Part shown: positions 48,501 through 56,957 of the stretch, in pieces
How the letters are laid out: each line of letters opens with the position of its first letter
How positions within the stretch are numbered: position 1 is the first letter of the stretch
From: Bacteroidota bacterium
GTDB lineage: Bacteria > Bacteroidota > Bacteroidia > Bacteroidales > JAADJA01
Length of the DNA stretch: 64,000 nucleotides
Direction of reading: 5' to 3'
Assembly (NCBI GenBank): GCA_020444515.1
Contig: JAHLKX010000002.1
Location: forward strand, 520,146-584,145
The notes under the pieces: model-generated
What the model was told of the DNA's origin: nothing
Database searches by the model: none
What the model saw: only the letters and a program-made list of their open reading frames with translations
Program-made: the position numbers and the translations under genes

Positions 48501-51500
48501 ACCTTTGTCTTTAATGGCCCTGCAACAAGCTTCAGTTCGAATACGAACAGTCATTTTAATAACCTTGAAATAAATTCTACTGGTAAAATTGATTTTCTGA
48601 CTGATGTTGAAATAAGGGGTGATCTAACCATCAATGCAGGGAGTCTGGATATCAATGGTCATGTTATTTCAATTGAAGGTGACTGGACCAATAATGTCGG
48701 GGTCTCAGCTTTTTATGGCACTAATGGAACGGTTGTTTTTACCGGTGATGTAAACCAATATATTACCGAAGATGAGACAATCAATATAATAGAACTGGAT
48801 AAAACTGGTGGAAGTCTGATTATTAACAACTTTGATACAGAAGTCACATGCAGTCAGTTCAACTGGACCCAGGGCAGATTAGAAATGCTAAATGGTGAAT
48901 TTACAGCATTTGACCTCACAGATAATGGCATTTTTGGAGATTATTATATGGAAGGAGGAACCATCAATTTGATGAATTATGATGGATTTGTTGACTTGAA
49001 CGGCGACTTGACCATAATGGGAGGATTTTTTAATGTTTATGGCGGGATTGATGATAGCTTTTGGTCCTATGCCGGAAATGCATCCCTGGTTATGACGGAC
49101 GGTATTTTAGATTTTCATGATGCAGGGATCAATGTTTTTGACTCTCCTACTTTTTCATTCAGTGAAAGCGTTTCAGGAGGAATTATCAAAACAACAGGTG
49201 ATTTTAATTGTGAACGTTCAGATTTTACAATCACAAATTGTGAACTTAGGATGTATGGACCAGAAAATGCTTTTATAAGCCAGGTTGAAGGTTGTCAATT
49301 TGATGATGTTCGGTTTGAGAAAGGAGCAGTAGATAATTCCACTTCTTTCATAACTCAGTCATTTAAAAAAGAAAGTCTTCAATTAAAATCCAGAAAAAAG
49401 AAGGGACTCAATTCACTTCAGAATTCAAAGAATGGCAGTAAAAGCAACCTTGTGAGCGCAGCATCGGATCTGCAAATTATGGGAACCCTGCGTGTTTCAG
49501 ATGGCGAATTTGACCTAAACGGAAACAAGGTGACTGTGGTAGACGATGTTATTGTTAGCGCCGATTTTACTATGAATAGCCCCGATGATGAATTATGGGT
49601 GGGTGATATGCTTAAATGGCAATCAGGAGCATATGGGAATATTACAGATGGCTTGATCAAATTTAAGGGTCTCTGGTCTTTTGAAGACGGGAGCAATGTT
49701 TTAATTTCCACTGGTAATTCAGCAATTGCCATCGGAACAGTAAATCAAAACATTAATTGTTATGATGATAATTCTGGTTTTGGTAACTTAATTCTAAATC
49801 AGCAAAGCACAGGAAAAACGATATCCAGTGCAGGATCACAACCCATCCGGGTTACCGGTGACCTAACCATTGATTCTGATAATACGCTCAATCTAAATAA
49901 TGACGATATGGTTGTATCCGGGCAGGTATTTACATATATTTCTTCATCCCTCATCGTTGAAAACGGAGGGAGTTTTACAGCTGAAAATGACTTTGATTTA
50001 TTTGGATCAGCCCATCTAATAGATGGAAATATCACAGTCAGTAATGATTTCTACCTTAACACCTCTGGAAACCTCATCATTGATGGTGGAAGTTTTATCA
50101 TGGATCGAAACAGTGTTGAGCAATTCCAGGTGTTGAACGGATACTTAGAAATGAATGGAGGTTTATTAGAAGCCACTTTCAACGGAATTATCTTTGGTCA
50201 GAATACCACACTGACAATGAGCGGTGGTGAAATTGCTACCGGATGGGATTTCAGTGCTTACCAGGACAATTTGTTTCAACCGGCCGGAGGTGCTGTAAGG
50301 ATGATCGGCATTGCCACTGCTTCGATTAACCTGAATGAAACTTGCTATTTTCATGATCTGATCATTGATAAACCGGTTAGCACTGAAGCCGACATCAGTC
50401 AAACCATTTTAGTCAAGAATGATCTAAAAATCGGATCGGGTATTTTTAATACAGCAGGATTTGATCTGATGGTAGAAAACGATGTCGTTATTGAACCCGA
50501 TGGTGTGCTTAATCCGGGGAACAATACGGTTACTGTCAGGGGTGACTGGAGCAACAATCATGGTGATGCCGGATTTCTTGAGAATAACAGTATTACAGTG
50601 TTTGTTGGAAATGAAACCTCACACATTCGCACAGATGAAACATTTTATGATTTACAAGTCGATAAAAACTACAGCCCATATACCTATTTATGGAGTGATA
50701 GCAATTATACGGTCAATGTTTGGCGTTTACTGATCAATACCTGCTCATACAGGCTGGATATTAATTCAACATTGAATGTTTCCGGAAATCTGGTAATCGG
50801 AGAAGATTGCAACCTTTTTGCTCCCAGCTCGGGTGATTCGTATATCAATATTCAGGGTAACTGGATCAATCAAAATACATCCGGTATTCCATGGGTTTAT
50901 GGATTTTTATATGGGACTTCTACGGTTACTTTTAATGGCATTGAAGATCAATTTGTTGAATCCGATAATGGAATGCAGGATTTTTACAATTTGGTTATTG
51001 ATAAAACAAATGGTGATTTTTATCCATTGGCTGATATTGAAATATATAATGACCTAAACATCAATAATGGAATTTGGGGTATGGATTCACCTGGTCAAAC
51101 ATTTTCTTTTTATGGTGATGTCAATATCGCCTCAAATGGTGAATTTTATGATTTTACATCCACTGTCAATATATTTGGATCAGATCAGCAATCTTTTACT
51201 AATTTGGGTCCGTGGACGTCCTATGTTGGCTCTCTGAATATTGCAATGACTTCATCCTCTGCGGATAATTTACCGGTGTTTACCATCCTGGGTAAAATGC
51301 AATGTTCCGGTTCCGTTAATGTAAATAATGGGAACTTTGATTTGAATTCTCAAACGGTTGAATGCCTTGAAAATTTTACGATTAATGAAGATGGTAAAGT
51401 AACGGCAACCGGTCAATCAAAAATTGCAATGGGAGATGGAAGCGCCTTATCGGTTAGTGGCGGGGAATTGTATATTGTTGGTGGTGCACCTCCAAATCCC

Positions 51501-54500
51501 ATTGTTACATCCGTGAGTGGAAATTATGAATTCAGTGTTTTAAATGGGGGCTTGTTAACAGCAGCAAATGCTGTCTTTCAATACATGGATGCCTCGGGTG
51601 TGAATATTTATCCAACGGGAGTATTATTTGATATCAATCCATTTAATCAATGTGCATTCCTGAATGGAGAAGCAGGAGGAACATTGTTGCAAATTAATAA
51701 TGATCAGGATCTGGTTTTCAACACCGTTAATTTCTCAACAAACACCTGGGGTGGGACTTATAATGTTACCAAAAATAACAATGAAGGATCGATCAATTTT
51801 ATTAACTATTTAGGTGATTTTAGTGGAGAAACCTATGAAAATGATCCTTACAATAGGATAACATGGGGCAATCCGGTGCCAGGTATCTGGACTGGAGCCG
51901 TGAGTCAGATATGGAATTTGGCAGGAAACTGGGAAAATAGTTTAAAACCAACTGCAACTGATGATGTGTATATTCCTGCTGGAACTCCCAATGATCCCTG
52001 GGTATCACAGGCAGACCAGGAATGCAATAACATCATCATTGATCCGGGTGCCAGTTTGAGAATTTACGATGAAATACTTACTGTTCACGGAGATATGTAT
52101 GTTCATGGAGAGCTCAAAATGGATCATGTTTCTGGTGTGTTAAATGCAGGTGATGGCTTTGGTGATAAAATAGTTTGGGAGGCCGGATCAACAGATAACA
52201 TTACACTGGGTACGATCAATGTATATGGGGACTGGTACTTTAATAATGGTACAAGCGCACAGTTGGGAGTCGGAAATGTGGTTAATTTTTATGGCACCAA
52301 TCGTTCGTATATTTATTGCGATGATGATGATGCCGCCTTTGGAAATATAACTATAAATAAAACAGCCTCACCAAAAGACTTTGTTTATGTCCCTGCAAAT
52401 AATAGTCTCAGGGTGTTGGAAGATTTATATGTTTTTGATGGAATTCTGGATCTGAAAGAAAATAGCTATTGTAATGTTGGAAATGAATTCGTTATCATCA
52501 GCGGTTGTACGCTAAATTCTCTGGGTACCCCCGGGAACGAGGCTACCATTTCAGGATTTCCAAATTATTGTATGTTGGATATCGATAATGGGGCTACCAT
52601 CAGTGCTGAATATACGATTTTTGAATACCTCGAGGGCAATGGACTTTCAATAAACCCAACGGCTACCATTGATCCGCTCCATCCGCTTAATCATTGTACT
52701 TTCAGAGAGAGTCCAGCAGGAGGGAAATTATTAACCATTGCCAATGATCAGATACTGACAATTGATGGTGCAACATTTCCTCACAATTACTGGAGTGGTT
52801 CGAACAATGTATCAAAAATAAATGATGCAGGCCACATCACCTTTACCAATGTCGATGGTGGTTTTGTGGGATCTAATTATGAAAATGATCCCTATAATAG
52901 GGTTGATTGGCCGGGGGTGGTTCCCGGTATCTGGACAGGTGCAGGAAACAGCTTGTGGAATGTTTTAGTGAACTGGAAGTATGAATTAAGACCCACCGCA
53001 ACAGATGATGTAATTATTCCGGCCGGTACACCGCATGATCCAAGAGTGACTTTACTGCCTCAGGAATGCAATAGTATTACGGTTGAAGCGGGTGCATCCC
53101 TCGAAATTTATAATCAAATATTGAATGTTCACGGCGATTTGATCATTCACGGTGAGTTGATCATGAATCATGCAGGCAGTGAATTGTATGCGGGTGATTC
53201 CTTTGGTGATGAAATCAGCTGGGAACCAGGCTCTAAAGCCGATGTGAATTATGGTACCATTTACGTTTATGGAAACTGGAATTTTAAAGATGGTACCGAT
53301 GCCCAGTTTGGTTGGGGTAATACTGTTGTATTTAATGGAGGTAATTTTTCAACGATTTATTGTGATGACGATAATGCAACATTTGGAAATCTGACCATCA
53401 ATAAACCCACTCCACCCAAAGATTTTGTTACAGTGTCCACCAATCATGTTTTAAGGGTTGCTGAAGACTTTTATATTGGAGATGGGAGTTTAAGGATATT
53501 TGAAAATACCACATTTACAGTTGGGAATGAATTGTATGTTGATGACGGTGCAATGCTGATTTCAATGGGTACGGCGGGTAACAATGCCTTAATAAGCGGA
53601 ACTTCCAATTATTGTTTATTGGAAATCGCGAGTGGTGCGACCATTAGTGCGGAATATACGGATTTTCAATTTCTAGAAGGCCAAGGACTTACGATCAATC
53701 CGGGTGCAATCATTGATCCACTGCACCCCTTAAATTATTGTTCATTTAGTGAAAGCCCGGCCGGAGGAACTTTGTTGACCATTGAGAATGACCAGGTAGT
53801 GACCATTGATGGGGTGAACTTTCCACCCAACAGCTGGGGTGGAGCCAATAATGTTACCAAATCATTTGATCAGGGACAGGTTATATTTACCAATGTGCAG
53901 GGAACCTTTGTAGGAGCGGATTTTGAAAATGATCCCAATGACCGGATTGACTGGCCGGGGATCGTGGCGGGTATATGGACAGGCGCTGTAAGTACCATTT
54001 GGGATGATCCCGCAAACTGGGCCTATCATTTGAAACCGGATGTCTCAGATGATGTTGTGATCCCGGCAGGTACAGCTCACGATTGCTGGGTTACCAATGC
54101 TGATCAGGAATGCAACTCAGTGACCATTGAAAGTGGAGCAACCCTGGTCGTTTACGATAAAGTTTTAACGGTTTATAGCGACATCATTATAAACGGACAA
54201 TTAAAAATGGATCATCCATCAGGTGTTTTAAATGCAGGTGATGGATTTGGTGACCTTGTTTCATGGGAGCCGGGTTCCTCTGCGGCTGTTACTGCTGGAA
54301 CCATTAATGTATATGGTGACTGGTATTTCAATAATGGAATTGATGCCCAGTTTGGATCCGGAAATACAGTGGTTTTTATGGGTACCAACCGTTCTCATAT
54401 TTACTGGGATGATTTTGATGCCGAATTTGGAAATCTGATCGTTAATAAATCAGCTTCACCCAAAGACTATGTTTATATTGCGGCTTATGATTCAATATTG

Positions 54501-55763
54501 ATCGCAGAAGATGTATACATCATGGATGGTGTTCTTGAAATTGGTTACGGAGCCCGGTTTTATGTAGGGAATGAGTTTTATGTAGAAGATGGAGGAAGCC
54601 TGATGGCCATGGGATTGCCGGGAAGGGACATCGTTATTTCCGGATGGCCGGACCACTGTTTGATGGAAATTGCTGATGGAGGGAAGATCGGTGCCCAGTA
54701 TACCGTTTTTGATCACCTGGGATATTATGGATTAACCATTAATCCGGGAGCAACAATTGACCCGTCCTATGCATTTTCGAATTGCACATTCCAGGAAGGA
54801 TTAGCAGGTGGAAATGTATTAACAATTAACAACGACCAGGATTTGACCATTTACAATGCCCATTTCCCATCCAATACCTGGGGTGGCGATTATAATGTTT
54901 CAAAAAGTGCCTCATCCGGAGATATTAACTTCATGGATGCCTCAGGGGTGTTCAGGGGTGAAGATTATGAAAATGATCCCAATAACCTGATCCACTGGGG
55001 ACTCCGCAATATAGACCTGAACCTCAAGGTTTATCTGGAAGGTCCTTATCTTCCGGCATCAGGTGGATTGATGACGACCGAATTGAATACAGGTGGATAT
55101 ATTCCTTTGGCTCATCCATATAATCCTTCGTTACCTTATTACGATATTTCCAATCCGGCTGATTTGAAATGGCTTTATACAGGGACGGAGAGTGTAACCA
55201 GTATACCCATGAATGCAGTGGATTGGGTCCTGGTTCAGTTGCGCGATGCCACCTCAGCTGCCACTGCCACCTCAGCTACCATACTTGAAACACAGGCTGC
55301 CTTCCTGATGAACGATGGTTCTATCGTTGGTCTGGATGGTGTTTCGCCTATTCATTTTTTCCTGGCTTATTCCAATAATCTGTATGTGGTCATATTCCAC
55401 CGCAACCACCTGGCTATTATCTCTAATAATCCGTTGGTGGAATCTGGCGGCTTGTATTCACATGATTTTTCATCATCCGAAATGCAAGCGCTGGGTGGCG
55501 CTAATGGACATAAGGAATTAGAACCGGGTGTCTGGGGGATGGTCTCCTCCGATGGCAATGGAAATGGTCTGATACAAAATACGGATGAGACCGCCGTTTG
55601 GAAAACGGACCTTGGAAGCTCAGGCTACCGGGGTGGTGATTTTAATATGAACGGCCTCACCCAGAATACCGATGAAACCAATTACTGGAAAGTAAATTTA
55701 GGTTCCGGAGGGCAAACACCCGGGAAAAACAATACCGGGTACGAAAGCCAGGTGCCAGATTAA
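45573..55763 (+). CDS. Giant (3396 aa) secreted protein: gingipain-like C25 cysteine peptidase head, beta-helix-like repeat body, non-T9SS C-terminal module
   Basis: N-terminal hydrophobic signal. Propeptide-like 'ELTLLTIYPYQYNPVQKRLTVYPDLKITVSF'. C25 motifs 'YLLFIGDAENIPP' and 'YADYDDPMDYVADFGYGRL'. The catalytic His/Cys context 'FRAHGSWSGWGD...NRPFIWSITCQSGWF' has the His codon at 47127 and the Cys codon at 47226. A GGAGG lies 5 nt before the ATG. Confidence 0.85.
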   Translation: MKKFTLKTQIPRSLLIPMYTFAIAFLCFWSIDLVSQTNMDIVNVNVTNERRLDISINAETNLQFVEKEYGDRNVYKNFWVNGASKVAPGNPNVHSYARWILIPNGTKINITFSHGLPVDYENIDLAPAQPEPYDNENAPRPAFTKNEVVYSRDADFPGVFAETDGIKRKRGQELTLLTIYPYQYNPVQKRLTVYPDLKITVSFSGTIHPIPPNLKTKNLEYSLKSMAINGEAVLAAEVSAGTTSNGDNINYSNGCDLLIITDPAFENAANTLASWKIRKGIYTWVYNTSVTGNTFTQIENFIDNAYETWSPAPEYLLFIGDAENIPPGYILYEDENDLGTDIFYADYDDPMDYVADFGYGRLSVDNVADADSVVARIIRYERTPSTNPNYYNQILNASCFQDGENGVEGEPDELPDHYANRRFCKTSEDVRNYLMSQGFLSQREYVAYNRVNYDEIFPENWMDLNQSWSGGIFENDNPPDGGDPIPAELLKPGFPWDGSTAGISAAFNAGKFFAIFRAHGSWSGWGDPDFHSWNVDALNNGENRPFIWSITCQSGWFDNETDNASYGSSNSQECFAEHWLRHNTGGSCGILAAARNSSSGKNDRLIWGMMDAIWPGFLTWSMDPYGGPDPIYRMGDVINYGKGYMATKYPGYETTTIALFHWFGDPTSEMWTSQPNELTNALVTSPINIGTSSITVQVTPAVENMLVAICMENSDDIFGTAYTNSSGIATVNLNHSITLEDVIYVTITKHNYKPYEFEAGWNIQGIWSGSISSDWHNANNWTPNQVPDASNSVLIPNGCSNYPVIVSPVAECENLLIAQNASVTIGNTQLHVNGDLTVFGELAMTTSSSNLQVTGTVSWEDGSSANITNGSAMIVAYYDWVFKTGSNVHLDNGFVNFSGNLSQAIKCNSTDSYFNHLIIAKDENKYMYYSGSSTEDMVIKGNLFIDAGTRLRHYSDNKMILYGLFDCDGSHYFASGTFVFNGPATSFSSNTNSHFNNLEINSTGKIDFLTDVEIRGDLTINAGSLDINGHVISIEGDWTNNVGVSAFYGTNGTVVFTGDVNQYITEDETINIIELDKTGGSLIINNFDTEVTCSQFNWTQGRLEMLNGEFTAFDLTDNGIFGDYYMEGGTINLMNYDGFVDLNGDLTIMGGFFNVYGGIDDSFWSYAGNASLVMTDGILDFHDAGINVFDSPTFSFSESVSGGIIKTTGDFNCERSDFTITNCELRMYGPENAFISQVEGCQFDDVRFEKGAVDNSTSFITQSFKKESLQLKSRKKKGLNSLQNSKNGSKSNLVSAASDLQIMGTLRVSDGEFDLNGNKVTVVDDVIVSADFTMNSPDDELWVGDMLKWQSGAYGNITDGLIKFKGLWSFEDGSNVLISTGNSAIAIGTVNQNINCYDDNSGFGNLILNQQSTGKTISSAGSQPIRVTGDLTIDSDNTLNLNNDDMVVSGQVFTYISSSLIVENGGSFTAENDFDLFGSAHLIDGNITVSNDFYLNTSGNLIIDGGSFIMDRNSVEQFQVLNGYLEMNGGLLEATFNGIIFGQNTTLTMSGGEIATGWDFSAYQDNLFQPAGGAVRMIGIATASINLNETCYFHDLIIDKPVSTEADISQTILVKNDLKIGSGIFNTAGFDLMVENDVVIEPDGVLNPGNNTVTVRGDWSNNHGDAGFLENNSITVFVGNETSHIRTDETFYDLQVDKNYSPYTYLWSDSNYTVNVWRLLINTCSYRLDINSTLNVSGNLVIGEDCNLFAPSSGDSYINIQGNWINQNTSGIPWVYGFLYGTSTVTFNGIEDQFVESDNGMQDFYNLVIDKTNGDFYPLADIEIYNDLNINNGIWGMDSPGQTFSFYGDVNIASNGEFYDFTSTVNIFGSDQQSFTNLGPWTSYVGSLNIAMTSSSADNLPVFTILGKMQCSGSVNVNNGNFDLNSQTVECLENFTINEDGKVTATGQSKIAMGDGSALSVSGGELYIVGGAPPNPIVTSVSGNYEFSVLNGGLLTAANAVFQYMDASGVNIYPTGVLFDINPFNQCAFLNGEAGGTLLQINNDQDLVFNTVNFSTNTWGGTYNVTKNNNEGSINFINYLGDFSGETYENDPYNRITWGNPVPGIWTGAVSQIWNLAGNWENSLKPTATDDVYIPAGTPNDPWVSQADQECNNIIIDPGASLRIYDEILTVHGDMYVHGELKMDHVSGVLNAGDGFGDKIVWEAGSTDNITLGTINVYGDWYFNNGTSAQLGVGNVVNFYGTNRSYIYCDDDDAAFGNITINKTASPKDFVYVPANNSLRVLEDLYVFDGILDLKENSYCNVGNEFVIISGCTLNSLGTPGNEATISGFPNYCMLDIDNGATISAEYTIFEYLEGNGLSINPTATIDPLHPLNHCTFRESPAGGKLLTIANDQILTIDGATFPHNYWSGSNNVSKINDAGHITFTNVDGGFVGSNYENDPYNRVDWPGVVPGIWTGAGNSLWNVLVNWKYELRPTATDDVIIPAGTPHDPRVTLLPQECNSITVEAGASLEIYNQILNVHGDLIIHGELIMNHAGSELYAGDSFGDEISWEPGSKADVNYGTIYVYGNWNFKDGTDAQFGWGNTVVFNGGNFSTIYCDDDNATFGNLTINKPTPPKDFVTVSTNHVLRVAEDFYIGDGSLRIFENTTFTVGNELYVDDGAMLISMGTAGNNALISGTSNYCLLEIASGATISAEYTDFQFLEGQGLTINPGAIIDPLHPLNYCSFSESPAGGTLLTIENDQVVTIDGVNFPPNSWGGANNVTKSFDQGQVIFTNVQGTFVGADFENDPNDRIDWPGIVAGIWTGAVSTIWDDPANWAYHLKPDVSDDVVIPAGTAHDCWVTNADQECNSVTIESGATLVVYDKVLTVYSDIIINGQLKMDHPSGVLNAGDGFGDLVSWEPGSSAAVTAGTINVYGDWYFNNGIDAQFGSGNTVVFMGTNRSHIYWDDFDAEFGNLIVNKSASPKDYVYIAAYDSILIAEDVYIMDGVLEIGYGARFYVGNEFYVEDGGSLMAMGLPGRDIVISGWPDHCLMEIADGGKIGAQYTVFDHLGYYGLTINPGATIDPSYAFSNCTFQEGLAGGNVLTINNDQDLTIYNAHFPSNTWGGDYNVSKSASSGDINFMDASGVFRGEDYENDPNNLIHWGLRNIDLNLKVYLEGPYLPASGGLMTTELNTGGYIPLAHPYNPSLPYYDISNPADLKWLYTGTESVTSIPMNAVDWVLVQLRDATSAATATSATILETQAAFLMNDGSIVGLDGVSPIHFFLAYSNNLYVVIFHRNHLAIISNNPLVESGGLYSHDFSSSEMQALGGANGHKELEPGVWGMVSSDGNGNGLIQNTDETAVWKTDLGSSGYRGGDFNMNGLTQNTDETNYWKVNLGSGGQTPGKNNTGYESQVPD
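51834..54965 (+). repeat. Three in-frame tandem coding repeats of exactly 1044 nt (348 codons) inside the giant gene
   Basis: The unit landmark 'YENDPYNR(I/V)(T/D)W' or 'FENDPNDRIDW' recurs at 51834, 52878, 53922 and 54966. A partial unit (the last ~120 aa) precedes 51834. Confidence 0.9.
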
Positions 55764-55785
55764 GAATGAACAACTGTTGATTAAA

Positions 55786-55814
55786 GGCTGCTCTGATAGA
55801 GCGGTCTTTTTTTT
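55786..55814 (+). terminator. Rho-independent terminator of the giant gene
   Basis: ggctgctc-tgata-gagcggtc (8 bp including two G-U pairs) followed by T8. Confidence 0.8.
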
Positions 55815-55894
55815 GGATTTTGCTCTGGGTGCATTGAAATGCAAAAAATAGTTACACCCGCGTTGCAAACGCAGGCGAGAAACGGGGCGACCTT

Positions 55895-56025
55895 TATTTT
55901 TACTTTATTACCTCAATCACTAAATCGCTCGAGCGTTCCCAAATAGATAATGTGAAAGCATTACTCGTGCATTTTTTACAAGGCATCAGTCACGCGAATA
56001 TTCAGTCCTGGGCTTGAAGACTGGC
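55895..56025. repeat. Structured intergenic repeat, copy A (one ~55-nt core)
   Basis: It shares blocks with 56958-57183: 'cctcaatcac', 'atcgctcgagcgttcccaaatagataatgtgaaagc...', 'cgaatattcag' and 'aagactggc'. It is GC-richer than the adjacent ORF. Confidence 0.7.
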
Positions 56026-56049
56026 AACAATTGGGGCCAGTCACTTTTG

Positions 56050-56949
56050 TTAAATTCCCTTGAGTGTCATAATTATTCCTTGTTTCAAGGATGTAATATC
56101 TTCTTGGCCTTTTATATCTAGTTCCTCAATTATTTCAATAATATTTTCAATTTTTGTTTCTTTCTTCAATAATTTCGTAATTATTTGGCTTAGCATATTT
56201 ATTGTCCTGTCTTCATTTCTTGAGATATTTAATGCTGGTACATTTATTACATAACCATCTTTATCCTCAAACTCTAAATCATATCTTTCTTTTCCATTTT
56301 GTCCAATTACCATAACAATCAGTCCATCTTCAATCCAGGGTGGTAAATAAAAATCGCTAACTTTTAAAATATAAATTTCAACTGGCATCCCTAAATCATA
56401 CCCTAAAACCGCAATATAACCTTCTCTATTAATATCAAATCTAAATATTTTACATTTGATTTTTTTTGGTCTATTGTATTTTTTATTTTTTTTTGGAATA
56501 AACTGGTCGAGTCGTTTACCTACTTTTAAAACTAATTCATCTGGATTTCTGAAGTAATCTATTGTGTGCCTTTGCTTTAGTTTTTTTTTGAAATCTTCAA
56601 GTTTCTTGTAATTTTCAAAGTCTATAAATTTTGGTAATATTAAGCTTTCACTTTCATCAATTAAATAGATAAATATTTCTTTGTTCTTTTCATAAGCAAC
56701 TTCATATTCAATTTCTGTAAATGATTTTTTTGTTTTTCTATCGGTGCTGCCGTATCTCATACCTATAATTCCAAGGTATATATCACATTCGTAAGCAAAT
56801 TCAATACAAGTTTCCAATGGAGTAGTTGTTCTTGCGCCAAATTCTTCCATCCCTCTTACTATTAATTTAAAATTTTTAAGCAATTCCCAAATAGCTTTTC
56901 GATGAGGTATTAGATCAATGTAAGTTGATGATACAAATATCTTTTTCAT
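56050..56949 (-). CDS. DUF4062 (TIR-like) domain protein with uncharacterised C-terminal domain
   Basis: 'MKKIFVSSTYIDLIPHRKAIWELL...ECDIYLGIIGMRYGS...FTEIEYEVAYEKNKEIFIYLID' matches the DUF4062 signature as I remember it. The coding sequence is very AT-rich compared with the flanks. Confidence 0.7.
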   Translation of the reverse strand: MKKIFVSSTYIDLIPHRKAIWELLKNFKLIVRGMEEFGARTTTPLETCIEFAYECDIYLGIIGMRYGSTDRKTKKSFTEIEYEVAYEKNKEIFIYLIDESESLILPKFIDFENYKKLEDFKKKLKQRHTIDYFRNPDELVLKVGKRLDQFIPKKNKKYNRPKKIKCKIFRFDINREGYIAVLGYDLGMPVEIYILKVSDFYLPPWIEDGLIVMVIGQNGKERYDLEFEDKDGYVINVPALNISRNEDRTINMLSQIITKLLKKETKIENIIEIIEELDIKGQEDITSLKQGIIMTLKGI

Positions 56950-56957
56950 TTATTGCT

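Noticed and set aside
51834-54965. Large tandem repeats considered as a CRISPR array or mobile-element array
   Set aside because: The units are 1044 nt, in frame and within one continuous ORF. They encode homologous protein modules. There is no short repeat/spacer architecture.
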